In this document: in pieces, positions 1 through 10,952 of the stretch
Layout: each line of letters starts with the position of its first letter
Position numbering within the stretch: position 1 is the first letter of the stretch
Source: Vicinamibacteria bacterium
Lineage (GTDB): Bacteria; Acidobacteriota; Vicinamibacteria; Fen-336
DNA: 64,000 nucleotides
Reading direction: 5' to 3'
Assembly (NCBI GenBank): GCA_035542035.1
Contig: DATKME010000055.1
Location: forward strand, 318 to 64,317
Notes under the pieces: model-generated
What the model saw: the letters and a program-made list of their open reading frames with translations, nothing else
Database searches by the model: none
What the model was told of the DNA's origin: nothing
Made by a program: the position numbers and the translations under genes

Positions 1-1
1 G

Positions 2-472
2 CTGCGGGCAGCTGGAGTCACCGCGGCCATGCTGCTTGTGTTCTACGGCCTGCCGTTCCTGGCCCGTGACCCCGGCATCCTCGTGCGCAGCTATCTCTCC
101 TACGGTAAGGGGTTTGAGCGCGAGTGGGCGCGACCGGCCTCGGACAATCACCTCTACGAAGGCTACGGCCTAGCGGGCTGGGCGTCGGATCACATCCGCG
201 GGGACAGCGCTCGGCGTTGCCACAAGGTGCAGCAGCTCCACCTGGTCACCTCGCTCGTCGTCTGCGCGCTGCTCGCGCCGCTCCTGGTCCGGGCGGCGCG
301 TCGTGCCGGCGATCCCTACGCCCCGGCTCTGTACGCTTTGAAGGCAGCCCTCGCCGTGTTCTACGCCTTCATACCGGTTCCCTACCCCTATCTCTGGGTG
401 GTCCCGGCCATCGTGAGCTCGCAGGTGGTGGCCGCGTTCGTGCTGTCGCCCCAGGATCGCCGTCCGAAGTAA
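2..472 (+). CDS. integral membrane protein, C-terminal fragment (gene begins upstream of window)
   Basis: The frame is open back to base 2. Hydrophobic helices are present (VTSLVVCALLAPLL, ALAVFYAFIPVPYPYLWVVPAIV). Family not recognised. Confidence 0.45.
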   Translation: MRAAGVTAAMLLVFYGLPFLARDPGILVRSYLSYGKGFEREWARPASDNHLYEGYGLAGWASDHIRGDSARRCHKVQQLHLVTSLVVCALLAPLLVRAARRAGDPYAPALYALKAALAVFYAFIPVPYPYLWVVPAIVSSQVVAAFVLSPQDRRPK

Positions 473-561
473 TCATGACGGCGAGCCAGCACTGTACCGG
501 GTACCGACCCGTCGGCAGCCGTAGCTGAGTCGGGCGGCTTTGCGGGGAGGCCGCGTGAGCG

Positions 562-918
562 CTACCTCTGCTTCCTCTTCTCCTTGGTCTCGGGAGCCTG
601 GAAGGCGGCGACGAAGTCCTTCAGGAGCAGCGGGCGGTTGCTCTTCACCCGGCCGGTGAGGAAGTCCTTGGGCCCCAGCTGGTGGCGGCCGTTCCACACG
701 TCGAGGAAGAGCTCAGGTGGCCCCTTGAAGAAGACGTCCGACTCCTGGTTGCGGCCGCGGGTGACGGTGCACTTCTCCCGCGTGATCTCGACCGTCCACT
801 TCTCGTCCTCGCCCAGCGAGAAGTAGTAGCTGCGCTCGGCCTTGACGGCGTCCTTGTTGAAGCGCTGGCACAGACCCTTGAAGATCTTGGCGATCTCGCC
901 GGCCGAGGACGCGGCCAC
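562..918 (-). CDS. SCP2 sterol-binding domain protein
   Basis: The C-terminal part of ORF 562..1383 reads AGEIAKIFKGLCQRFNKDAVKAERSYYFSLG...KGPPELFLDVWNGRHQLGPKDFLTGRVKSNRPLLLKDF, typical of SCP2. A GTG at 918 lies 2 nt after the atpF stop. The longer upstream extension is Arg/Gly-rich junk. Confidence 0.7.
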   Translation of the reverse strand: MAASSAGEIAKIFKGLCQRFNKDAVKAERSYYFSLGEDEKWTVEITREKCTVTRGRNQESDVFFKGPPELFLDVWNGRHQLGPKDFLTGRVKSNRPLLLKDFVAAFQAPETKEKRKQR

Positions 919-920
919 GG

Positions 921-1469
921 CTACTGCACCCGCGGCAGCTCGTGGATGTACTCGTCCACCAGCCGCCTCTGCGCATCCTCGGTGAGCGAGGACTGGACGA
1001 TGCGGGAGGCGGCGGCGATCGCCAGGTCGGCCACCTGTCCCCGCAGCTGCCCGATCGCCTGCTCGCTCTCGCGCTGGATCTGCTCGCGAGCCCGGGCGAT
1101 GGCCAGCTCGCCCTCGGCGCGCGCCTTGGCCACGAGCTCGGCGCGCAGGGCATCGGCGTCCTTCATGGCCCGGGCCAGGATCTCGTCGCGCTCGCGGCCG
1201 GCGTTCTTCAGCAGCTCCTGGTGCTTCGCCAGCAGCTCGCGGGCCTCGGCGGCGGCGCGCTCGGCCGACTCCAGCTGGTCCCGGATCTGCTTCTCCCGCT
1301 CGTCCACGATCTTGAGCAGCGGTCCCCAGGCAAACCTGCCGAGCACGGCCGCGAACAGGGCGAAGATGACCAGGGTCGCCCACAGCAGCGTGGCGTCGAC
1401 GCTCAGCAGCGAGGCGGCGCCGCCCCCGGCGGCCGCCAAGGGGATGAGTGCGCTCGATTGCAGCATCAC
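921..1469 (-). CDS. atpF: F0F1 ATP synthase subunit b
   Basis: One N-terminal TM helix followed by a long charged coiled coil (LLKIVDEREKQIRDQLESAERAAAEARELLAKHQ...). It follows atpE and atpB. Confidence 0.9.
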   Translation of the reverse strand: MMLQSSALIPLAAAGGGAASLLSVDATLLWATLVIFALFAAVLGRFAWGPLLKIVDEREKQIRDQLESAERAAAEARELLAKHQELLKNAGRERDEILARAMKDADALRAELVAKARAEGELAIARAREQIQRESEQAIGQLRGQVADLAIAAASRIVQSSLTEDAQRRLVDEYIHELPRVQ

Positions 1470-1474
1470 GGCCC

Positions 1475-1705
1475 CTAGGTCTTGATGGCGAGGATGATGG
1501 TGACGATCAGGGCGAAGAAGGTGACGCCCTCGATCAGGCCGGCCGCCACGATCATGGCGCCGCGGATGTCGCCGGCTGCGTTGGGCTGGCGGGCGATGCC
1601 CTCCATCGCCGCCGCCGCCAGGCGCCCGATGCCGGCGGCGCCGCCCATGATGGTGAGGCCCGCCCCGATGCCGGCAGCGAAGAAGGCCAGGGACTTGGGA
1701 TCCAT
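1475..1705 (-). CDS. atpE: F0F1 ATP synthase subunit c
   Basis: A 76 aa hairpin protein with GAGLTIMGGAAGIG, the RQP loop and the carboxylate in AAGLIEGVTFFALIV. Confidence 0.95.
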   Translation of the reverse strand: MDPKSLAFFAAGIGAGLTIMGGAAGIGRLAAAAMEGIARQPNAAGDIRGAMIVAAGLIEGVTFFALIVTIILAIKT

Positions 1706-1727
1706 GTGTGTGGTTCCTCCTCGAGGA

Positions 1728-2594
1728 TCAATGCGCCGGGTGCGCGTACATGCCGATGAAGATGGCGGACAGGAGCGTGAAGATGTAGGCCTGGATGAAG
1801 GCGACCAGGACCTCCAGCAGCAGGATGAACAAGGAGAGCGCGATCGACACCGGGGCCATGGCCACCCCGCCCAGCCAGTGGATCTGCGCCATCAGGGAGA
1901 TCAGCAGGATGAGGGTGGTGACCACCATGTGGCCGGCCAGCATGTTGGCGAACAGCCGGATCATCAGCGCGAAGGGCTTGGTGAACATGCTGAGGATCTC
2001 CACCGGGATCATGATCGGCAGCAGCCACACCGGCAGCCCCGGCGGGATCAGGTTGTGGAGGTGGCCGACGACGCCGTACTTCGACATCCCCGCGTATTGC
2101 TGGGCGGCGAAGGAGACGAGGGCGAGGCCCATGGTCACCGCCAGGTTGCCCGTGGAGGTGGCCGCGAACGGCATGAGGCCCAGCAGGGCGGCCACCAGGA
2201 TGAAGAAGAAGAAGCTGCACAGCAGCGGCGTGAAGCGCCGGCCGTCGCCGTGGCCGATGTTCGCCTCGGCGATGTCGTCGCGTACGAACAGCACCACCGC
2301 CTCCACCGCGGCGCCGATCCCGTGCGGGACCTTGCCCCCGTGGTAGCTGCGCACCGCCAGCCGCGCGGCCACGATCACCAGCAGGGCCGCGATCAGGAAG
2401 AACACCAGGTGCTTGGAGCGGAGGGTGAGCGGCCCCAGCCGCAGCGGCTGGTCGACCACGTGGTGCATGATGACGGCGGCCGGGCCTTCCGCTTGCTCTC
2501 CCGCGGCGGTCGCGGTGGCCTGCTCCGCCGCGGGCTTCGGGCTGGCGGCCGCGGGTGCGGCCTGCAGCAGCAGAGCCAGCAGCAGGGCCGTCAT
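1728..2594 (-). CDS. atpB: F0F1 ATP synthase subunit a
   Basis: Polytopic protein with the conserved LMIRLFANMLAGHMVV stator-arginine motif. Confidence 0.95.
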   Translation of the reverse strand: MTALLLALLLQAAPAAASPKPAAEQATATAAGEQAEGPAAVIMHHVVDQPLRLGPLTLRSKHLVFFLIAALLVIVAARLAVRSYHGGKVPHGIGAAVEAVVLFVRDDIAEANIGHGDGRRFTPLLCSFFFFILVAALLGLMPFAATSTGNLAVTMGLALVSFAAQQYAGMSKYGVVGHLHNLIPPGLPVWLLPIMIPVEILSMFTKPFALMIRLFANMLAGHMVVTTLILLISLMAQIHWLGGVAMAPVSIALSLFILLLEVLVAFIQAYIFTLLSAIFIGMYAHPAH

Positions 2595-2983
2595 CGCGAG
2601 GCGGGCGCCGGCCGGCCGGCGGCACGGTGCGCGATCGTGAGCTCGAGCACCAGGAAGGCAACGAAGCCGCCGAGCAGCGAGGCGGCGAGCGGCAGCTGCG
2701 GCAGACGCAGCCAGAGCAGCCCGGCCAGCACCGCGGCCAGCATCAGCGCCATGCGACCGACCATGCCCCCGAGCACCGCGCGGAAGAAGGCGGTCGTCGA
2801 ACGGCCCGTCGACCAGCGCACGAGACCGTGGGCGGCGATGGTGTTGAGCAGGGCGACGGCGGCGCCGAAGAGGACCGCCGCCCGGGCGTCGCTCTCGAGC
2901 CGCTGCAGGCCGAGCGGCCAGGCGAGCGCCAGCGCGGTGAGCGCCACGCCGGTGACGAGGATGCTGTACTTGCCCAGGCTCAC
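2591..2983 (-). CDS. atpI: ATP synthase protein I-like membrane protein
   Basis: A 130 aa protein with 4 TM helices, directly upstream of atpB with a 4-nt overlap. Confidence 0.65.
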   Translation of the reverse strand: MSLGKYSILVTGVALTALALAWPLGLQRLESDARAAVLFGAAVALLNTIAAHGLVRWSTGRSTTAFFRAVLGGMVGRMALMLAAVLAGLLWLRLPQLPLAASLLGGFVAFLVLELTIAHRAAGRPAPASR

Positions 2984-3267
2984 GGCTTGCGGTCCCGACC
3001 CTTCGGCGAACCCGCCACGCTGCGGATGAAGTAGACCATCGCCGCGCCGACGCCGAGGCAGGCCCCCAGCAGCAGGAACCAGGGGCGGGTGCCCAGCCGG
3101 CCGTCCAGCCAGTAACCCGCGCCGAGCCCCGCCAGCACGGTGACCGCGAGGGTCAGCCCGAGCCCCAGGAGCGGCGCCGCCTCACGCATGCCGCGCGTCC
3201 AGCCCTGCGCGTCTCCACCCTGCGGGTTCGGTGCCTCAGGCGGGGTCGATCGGGCCGGCAACAGCAT
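2980..3267 (-). CDS. AtpZ/AtpI-family small membrane protein (atp operon leader gene)
   Basis: Two TM helices (LLGLGLTLAVTVLAGLGAGYWLDG, WFLLLGACLGVGAAMVYFI). It overlaps atpI by 4 nt. The true start may be the ATG at 3189 (MREAAP...), because a promoter-like -10 lies only 3 nt upstream of the 3267 ATG. Confidence 0.6.
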   Translation of the reverse strand: MLLPARSTPPEAPNPQGGDAQGWTRGMREAAPLLGLGLTLAVTVLAGLGAGYWLDGRLGTRPWFLLLGACLGVGAAMVYFIRSVAGSPKGRDRKP

Positions 3268-3270
3268 CGC

Positions 3271-3299
3271 AATCTAGCACAGCACCCCACGGCCGGCAA
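3271..3299 (-). promoter_or_regulatory. sigma70-type promoter candidate for the atp F0 operon
   Basis: The minus strand reads TTGCCG-N17-TAGATT, with a TG at the extended -10 position (TGCTAGATT). Confidence 0.4.
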
Positions 3300-3340
3300 A
3301 CAGCTAAGCGATTGACTGCGTGCCGGATGACCCCGACGGC

Positions 3341-3781
3341 TCAGTCGCGGCTCACGGTGTCGGGCAGCTCGTTCGTGTCCGCCTCGCCCTCCCGGCGCGG
3401 GAAGTGGCGCGCCAGCTCGGCCCCGGCCGCCTCGATACCGGCCAGGATCCCCTCGGTGAAGCGTCCGGCCCGGAACTGTGCCGCCATCGCCTCGGCGACG
3501 GCGGCCCAGAAACCCTCCGCGCAGCGCTCGTGGATGGCGGTGTCGCCCAGCACCGCGCAGGCCCGGCTGGCGGGAGCGACGAAGAGCAGCACCCCGTTGC
3601 GCTCGACGGTGGCCGTCATGCCGAGCCTCTCGAAGGCCGCGGCGCCGGCGGAGGCGGCGTCGGCGACCTCCGCGTGGGTGACGTGCACGCGGATCTCCGC
3701 GCGGGTGCGCGCCTCGGCCGCGCGGATCGCCGCCACGATCCGCTCGTCGTCGAGGGCGCCCAGGAAGGTCTCCGGTTCCAT
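3341..3781 (-). CDS. TPM (TLP18.3/Psb32/MOLO-1) domain protein
   Basis: From the internal ATG at 3781: MEPETFLGALDDERIVAAIRAAEARTRAEIRVHVT...NGVLLFVAPASRACAVLGDTAIHE. The upstream part of ORF 3341..3994 is Arg-rich junk. Confidence 0.8.
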   Translation of the reverse strand: MEPETFLGALDDERIVAAIRAAEARTRAEIRVHVTHAEVADAASAGAAAFERLGMTATVERNGVLLFVAPASRACAVLGDTAIHERCAEGFWAAVAEAMAAQFRAGRFTEGILAGIEAAGAELARHFPRREGEADTNELPDTVSRD

Positions 3782-3795
3782 GGCCTGCTCGTGCC

Positions 3796-4569
3796 TCACC
3801 AGCTGCTGGAGGCGCCGCCGCCGCCGAACGAGCCGCCGCCGCCCGAGAAGCCGCCTCCCCCGCCCCCGGACGACCAGCCACCACCGCCCCCGCCGCCCCA
3901 GCCTCCGCCCCAGAAGCCGCCGCCGCCGCCGCGCCAGCCGCCACGGCCGTAGGTGCGGCCGCCAAAGGCGCGCGAGCCGATGGAGGAGAGCCACAGGAAC
4001 AGGAGCAGGAAGGCGAGCAGGATCACGATGGAGAGGCCGCTGGTGCCCTTCGCCTTCTGCGCCGGGGCCTGTGCCTTGTACTCGCCCCGGGTGGCCGCCA
4101 TCATGGCGTCGATGCCAGCCGTGAGCCCGCCCACCCAGTCGCCCTGGCGGAAGCGGGGCCGGACCTCGAGGTCGAGGATGCGGGCGGCGAGCTGGTCCGG
4201 CAGCGCTCCTTCCAGCCCGTAGCCCACCTCGATCTTCATCCTCCGGTCCTCGACGAACACGAAGAGGACCGCGCCGTTGTCCAGCTTCTTCTGGCCGACG
4301 CCCCAGGCCTGCGCCGTCCTGTTCGTGAACTCGTCGAGATCCGGCCAGGTCAGCTTCGGGAAGACCGCCACCACGATCTGGGTCGAGGTCTGCTTCTCGA
4401 ACTCGGCGAGCCTGGCGTCGAGCCGCTGGGCGTCGGCCGCCGACACCACGCCCGCGTAGTCGTTGAAGTGCGCCTTCGGCGGCGGCGGCAGCGGCTCTTC
4501 CGCGCGCAGGGGAAAGGAGGCGCTCAGGGCGAGCGCTACGCCGAGAAGCGCGCGGGTCGCTGCCGCCAC
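3796..4569 (-). CDS. TPM domain protein, YgcG-like, with TM helix and Gly-rich tail
   Basis: Contains HFNDYAGVVSAADAQRLDARLAEFEKQTSTQIVVAVFP...AVLFVFVEDRRMKIEVGYGLEG, then a TM helix and a GGGGW-type tail. The GTG at 4569 lies just after the lemA stop. Confidence 0.8.
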   Translation of the reverse strand: MAAATRALLGVALALSASFPLRAEEPLPPPPKAHFNDYAGVVSAADAQRLDARLAEFEKQTSTQIVVAVFPKLTWPDLDEFTNRTAQAWGVGQKKLDNGAVLFVFVEDRRMKIEVGYGLEGALPDQLAARILDLEVRPRFRQGDWVGGLTAGIDAMMAATRGEYKAQAPAQKAKGTSGLSIVILLAFLLLFLWLSSIGSRAFGGRTYGRGGWRGGGGGFWGGGWGGGGGGGWSSGGGGGGFSGGGGSFGGGGASSSW

Positions 4570-4576
4570 CGCGTCG

Positions 4577-5221
4577 CTACCGCGGCTGCTCGGCGGGTGC
4601 GGGCGTGGCGGGCGCGGTGCCCGGCGCGTTGCCGAAGTCGACCGTCGGCGCCTGCTCGGCACCGGCGGCCGCCTTGAAGTAGGCCTTGTCCCGCATCCCC
4701 ATGAGGTTGGCGAAGAGCACCGTCGGGAAGCGCAGCCGGGCGGTGTTGTACTCCTGCGCCCGCTCGTTGTAGCGCGTGCGCTCGACGGACACGCGGTTCT
4801 CGGTGCCCTCGAGCGCGACCTGCAGGTCGCGGAAGTTCTGGTTGGCCTTGAGCTCCGGGTAGCGTTCGACCACCACCAGCAGGCGTGAGAGGGCGCCGGA
4901 GAGGGAGTCCTGCGCCTGCTGGAAACGGGCCATGCCCGCCGCGTCGTTGGGCAGGTTCTGCGGGTTGATGGAGCCGACGCTGGCCCGCGCCCTCACCACC
5001 GCCTCCAGCGTGCCGCGCTCGAAGTTGGCGGCGCCCTTGACGGTGTTGACGAGGTTCGGGATCAGGTCCGCGCGGCGCTGGTACTGGTTCTCGACCTGCG
5101 CCCACTGCGCGTCCACCGCCTGCCCGAGGCCGACCAGGGTGTTGTACGCACCGAGCCCGACCACCGCCAGGACCAGCACCACCAGCACCAGCACGCCGAG
5201 GCAACCGAGCCACTTCCACAT
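4577..5221 (-). CDS. lemA: LemA family protein
   Basis: N-terminal TM helix plus YNTLVGLGQAVDAQWAQVENQYQRRADLIPNLVNTVKG and [24 protein letters not shown] Shine-Dalgarno upstream. Confidence 0.9.
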   Translation of the reverse strand: MWKWLGCLGVLVLVVLVLAVVGLGAYNTLVGLGQAVDAQWAQVENQYQRRADLIPNLVNTVKGAANFERGTLEAVVRARASVGSINPQNLPNDAAGMARFQQAQDSLSGALSRLLVVVERYPELKANQNFRDLQVALEGTENRVSVERTRYNERAQEYNTARLRFPTVLFANLMGMRDKAYFKAAAGAEQAPTVDFGNAPGTAPATPAPAEQPR

Positions 5222-5299
5222 GGGGCCGCTCCTCCCTTGCTCTGCGCCGTGTCTGTGAAATCTACCGCATCGGCGCGCCGGCCGGTAGGAGGCGCGGCG

Positions 5300-6493
5300 T
5301 CAGTCCGCGACCGCGAGCTGGAAGGGCACCAGGTAGAGGACGATGCCGCTCGCCACGTGCAGGCCGAGCAGCAGCCAGCAGCCGACGCGCCCGAGGCGCC
5401 GCCAGCCGGCGATCGGGCGCCGGGCCAGCAGCTCGGCCGCGGACAGGAGGAACAGCAGGTAGATGGCCGGCACCAGCCCCCAGTAGTAGTTGGCGTCGCC
5501 GGTGCGCGGCTCGGGCTCGGCCAGCAGGGCGAACTCCCCCAGGGCCACCAGGGCCACCAGCCAGGCGGCCGCCAGCAACTGGCGGTGCCGAAGGTCGCGC
5601 CAGGCGAAGGCCAGCACCGAGAGGGGGAAGGCGAACGAGACCAGCCCGGAGACGAGCGGGTGCGGCGAGTAGAGCCGCCACACCGCGAGCGGCTGCAGCA
5701 TCACCATCCCGGCGCCCCGGGCCTCCAGGCCGCTCGCGATGGCGTGCAGGTACTGCCAGGCGAGCACGGCGACCGCGGGCAGGCCGAGGAGCAGGAGGCG
5801 CACGGGCTCCAGCCGGCGCCGGAGCAGCCACAGCAGGAAGACGGCCGGCAGGAAGGCGAGGGCGAAGTTGGGCTTGGCGGTCACCGAGAGCGCGAGCAGC
5901 AGCCCGGCGGCGAGCGCGCGCCTGCGGCTCACCGGCGCACCCTCCGGCTCGTCGACACTGAGTCTCAACAAGGGGCCGCCGCCCAGCAGGACCCAGAAGC
6001 TGGCGAGGGCCAGCGGCAGCGCGGTGATGGCGGTGGGGTTGTGCCAGACGGTGGGCGAGAGCTGCCCCAGGTAGATGTTCTCGGGCTCCCACCAGGTGGG
6101 CAGCGGGGCCACGAAGAAGAAGGCGGCGGCCAGCGCCAGCGCGGCGGGAGGAGCGAGCGGCGCCCCCGCCCGCGCCGCCAGCTGGCGGAGGATCAGCAGC
6201 GACAGCAGGAGCTTCAGCAGCACCAGCAGCGTCAGTACCGAGGCGGCGGCGAAGGTCAGCTGGCCGGTGTCCTCCGAGAGCCCGGCGGCGAGCGCCACCA
6301 GCAGGTGGTAGAGGAAGTGCGGCAGCAGCGTGCCCTCGTCGAGCAGCTGCTGGGTGAAGAGGACGTGCAGCCCCTGGTCGAGGTCCGGCCGGGCCAGGTA
6401 CTGCAGGAACAGCCGGAAGCACAGCCCCGCCAGCGCCAGCGCCGCCGCCGAGCCGACCGCCCACCAGGCGAGCCTCCGCCGCGGGGCGTTCAA
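5300..6493 (-). CDS. polytopic membrane protein, possibly a GT-C-fold glycosyltransferase
   Basis: About 11 predicted TM helices and no soluble domain. LSVTAKPNFALAFLPAVFLL is reminiscent of ArnT/PMT-type enzymes. The start codon per the ORF track is TTG, so the start is uncertain. Confidence 0.55.
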   Translation of the reverse strand: MNAPRRRLAWWAVGSAAALALAGLCFRLFLQYLARPDLDQGLHVLFTQQLLDEGTLLPHFLYHLLVALAAGLSEDTGQLTFAAASVLTLLVLLKLLLSLLILRQLAARAGAPLAPPAALALAAAFFFVAPLPTWWEPENIYLGQLSPTVWHNPTAITALPLALASFWVLLGGGPLLRLSVDEPEGAPVSRRRALAAGLLLALSVTAKPNFALAFLPAVFLLWLLRRRLEPVRLLLLGLPAVAVLAWQYLHAIASGLEARGAGMVMLQPLAVWRLYSPHPLVSGLVSFAFPLSVLAFAWRDLRHRQLLAAAWLVALVALGEFALLAEPEPRTGDANYYWGLVPAIYLLFLLSAAELLARRPIAGWRRLGRVGCWLLLGLHVASGIVLYLVPFQLAVAD

Positions 6494-6521
6494 GCGCGGA
6501 CCGCCGGGCGAGGCGTGGGCG

Positions 6522-8117
6522 TCAGCGCTCCGGGGCGGCCGTCGGCGCGGGCGCCGTCGGGACCGGCAGGGTGGCGGCGTGCGCGGTCTGCGCCTCGCCG
6601 AACTTCTGCGGCTGCACCAGGGCGGCGACGCGGTGGGCGGGGCCGTCGAGGAACTCGAGGAACGGCTTGGGGTAGACGCCGATCCAGAGGCAGAGCGCCA
6701 CCAGAGGCACCAGGGTGGCCAGCTCGCGCCCGTTCAGGTCCCGCAGCTTCTCGTTCTCCTGGTGGGTGACCTGGCCCCAGAACACGCGCTGGTAGAGCCA
6801 CAGCAGGTAGGCGGCGCCCAGCACGATGCCGGAGACGGCCCAGTAGGCCCAGAGGTGATTGGCGGAATAGGCGCCCTGCAGGATCAGGAACTCGCCCACG
6901 AAGCCGTTGAGCAGCGGCAGGCCCATGGAAGCCAGGAACACGATCAGGGTGAGGGCGGCGTAGATCGGCATCACCTGGGCGAGCCCGCCGAACTGGGCGA
7001 TCTCCTTGGTGTGCCGACGCTCGTAGATGAGGCCGACGATGAGGAAGAGGGCGCCGGTGGAGAGGCCGTGGTTCACCATCTGCAGCACGCTGCCCTGCAG
7101 GCCCAGCGGGTTGAGCGCGAACATTCCCAGCATCACGAAGCCGAGGTGGCTGACCGAGGAGTAGGCGATCAGCTTCTTCATGTCCTTCTGCACCAGCGTC
7201 ACCAGCGCCGCGTAGACGATGCCGATGATGGCCAGCGTCACCATCCAGGGCACCGCGTCGAGCGAGGCCTGGGGGAAGAGGGGCACCGAGAAGCGGATGA
7301 AGCCGTAGGTCCCCATCTTCAGCAGGACGCCCGCCAGGATGACCGAGCCGGCGGTGGGGGCCTCCACGTGGGCGTCGGGCAGCCAGGTGTGGAAGGGGAA
7401 CATCGGCACCTTGATGGCGAAGCCCAGGAAGAAGGCGAGGAAGCACCAGAACTGCAGGTCCGGCGGGATCCCCATCTCCAGCCAGCGCGTGTAGTCGAAG
7501 CTGCCCGTCGCCTCCAGCCCCGGCAGCTTCCGCGACTGGAAGTAGAGGGCCAGGATGCCGAGCAGCATCACCACCGAGCCGGCCAGGGTGTAGAGGAAGA
7601 ACTTGATGGCGGCGTAGAGCCGGCGGGCGCTGCCCCAGATGCCGATCAGGAAGTACATCGGCACCAGCATGACCTCCCAGAACACGTAGAAGAGGAACAT
7701 GTCCAGCGAGCAGAAGGTGCCGATCATCCCGGTCTGCAGCAGCAGCAGGAACACGTAGTAGGCGCGCACCCGGTCGCTGATCGCGGTCCAGGACGACAGG
7801 ATGGCGACGAAGCCGAGGAGGGTGGTGAGCAGGATCAGCAGGGTCGAGATGCCGTCGACGCCGAAGAAGTACTGCACCCCGATGGAGGGGATCCAGTCGG
7901 CCTTCTCCACGAACTGGAAGCCGGCGGCGCCGCGGTCGAAGGAGAACCACAGCGGCAGGCTGACCAGGAAGCCGAGCAGGCCGAAGCCGTTGGCCACCCA
8001 GCGCACGGCGTTCTCGTTCTGCTTGCCCGAGAAGACGGGCAGCAGCAGCACCAGCGCCCCCACCAGCGGGGTGTAGGTGATGACCGAGAGCAGGTGATCG
8101 CGGAAGAGGAAGTCCAT
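6522..8117 (-). CDS. nuoM: NADH-quinone oxidoreductase subunit M
   Basis: Full-length antiporter-like subunit (FPFHTWLPDAHVEAPTAGSVILAGVLLKMGTYG, AYSSVSHLGFV). Confidence 0.95.
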   Translation of the reverse strand: MDFLFRDHLLSVITYTPLVGALVLLLPVFSGKQNENAVRWVANGFGLLGFLVSLPLWFSFDRGAAGFQFVEKADWIPSIGVQYFFGVDGISTLLILLTTLLGFVAILSSWTAISDRVRAYYVFLLLLQTGMIGTFCSLDMFLFYVFWEVMLVPMYFLIGIWGSARRLYAAIKFFLYTLAGSVVMLLGILALYFQSRKLPGLEATGSFDYTRWLEMGIPPDLQFWCFLAFFLGFAIKVPMFPFHTWLPDAHVEAPTAGSVILAGVLLKMGTYGFIRFSVPLFPQASLDAVPWMVTLAIIGIVYAALVTLVQKDMKKLIAYSSVSHLGFVMLGMFALNPLGLQGSVLQMVNHGLSTGALFLIVGLIYERRHTKEIAQFGGLAQVMPIYAALTLIVFLASMGLPLLNGFVGEFLILQGAYSANHLWAYWAVSGIVLGAAYLLWLYQRVFWGQVTHQENEKLRDLNGRELATLVPLVALCLWIGVYPKPFLEFLDGPAHRVAALVQPQKFGEAQTAHAATLPVPTAPAPTAAPER

Positions 8118-8132
8118 TTTCGAAGAGAGCCT

Positions 8133-10271
<2,139 letters not shown>

Positions 10272-10356
10272 GTCACCCCGAAGCTGTCGGGCCGCCCGGA
10301 TCATAGGGGATGCACCCAGAGGGTGCAAGCCGCGCAGGTGCATCAGGCGGACCGGA

Positions 10357-10875
10357 TCAGGAGTGAGTGGTGCGGCCCGCCAGCAGGTCGAGCGCGTGCC
10401 CGAGCAGCGGGAAGAGCGCCGCGAGAGAGCTCTCGACTGCCCGGGGGCTGCCGGGGAGGTTCACGACCAGACAGCCGCCGACGACGCCGGCGCGGCCGCG
10501 GGAGAGCGCGGCCAGAGGCGTCTCCGCGCTGCCCAGCCGCCGCAGGTGCTCGGCGAGGCCGGCGGCCTCCTTCTCGATGACGTCGAGCGTCGCCTCGGGG
10601 GTCACGTCCCGCGGGGCGAGGCCGGTGCCGCCGCTGGTGACGACGAGGACGGAAGCGGCCGCCGCCTGCCGCAGCGCGGCCGCGATCTGCGCCCGCTCGT
10701 CGGGCACCACCACCGGCGGCTCGACCGCGAAGCCCGCCTCGCGCAGCCTGCGGCAGGCGAGAGGGCCGGAGAGGTCGGCTCGCCTGCCGGCGGCGCAGCC
10801 GTCGCTCACGGTGATCACCGTCGCGCGGGGAAGGGAGGGCTCCACGTGGCGCAACGCACCCGCGTTGACCCGCAC
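10357..10875 (-). CDS. mogA: molybdenum cofactor biosynthesis protein MogA/MoaB family
   Basis: Contains [11 protein letters not shown]...[21 protein letters not shown]...AGLAEHLR...[11 protein letters not shown]. The start is ambiguous (GTG at 10845 or 10875, or 10926). The shorter starts avoid overlap with the divergent promoter. Confidence 0.8.
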   Translation of the reverse strand: MRVNAGALRHVEPSLPRATVITVSDGCAAGRRADLSGPLACRRLREAGFAVEPPVVVPDERAQIAAALRQAAAASVLVVTSGGTGLAPRDVTPEATLDVIEKEAAGLAEHLRRLGSAETPLAALSRGRAGVVGGCLVVNLPGSPRAVESSLAALFPLLGHALDLLAGRTTHS

Positions 10876-10893
10876 CGGGCGCGTTCCTATAGT
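10865..10893 (+). promoter_or_regulatory. sigma70-type promoter candidate for the VWA gene pair
   Basis: TTGACC-N17-TATAGT, about 60 nt upstream of the ATG at 10953. Confidence 0.5.
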
Positions 10894-10952
10894 GGGAGCA
10901 TAAGCAGTCTGGCGGAGCCCCCGCAAGACGAGACTGGAGACGGGAGAGCACG

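Noticed and set aside
921-3267. The atp genes preceded by two small membrane proteins could have been an N-type (Na+) ATPase operon.
   Set aside because: N-ATPase operons contain atpD and atpC before, and atpA and atpG after, the membrane genes, and none is present. The c subunit has a plain LIEGV carboxylate context without the Ser/Thr Na+-ligand pattern.
3800-3960. Highly repetitive GCC/GCCGCC DNA that superficially looks like a repeat array.
   Set aside because: It encodes the Gly/Trp-rich C-terminal tail of the YgcG-like TPM protein. There is no repeat-spacer periodicity, so it is not a CRISPR array or satellite. The same applies to the Pro-rich linker DNA at about 40060-40200 in the FHA gene.
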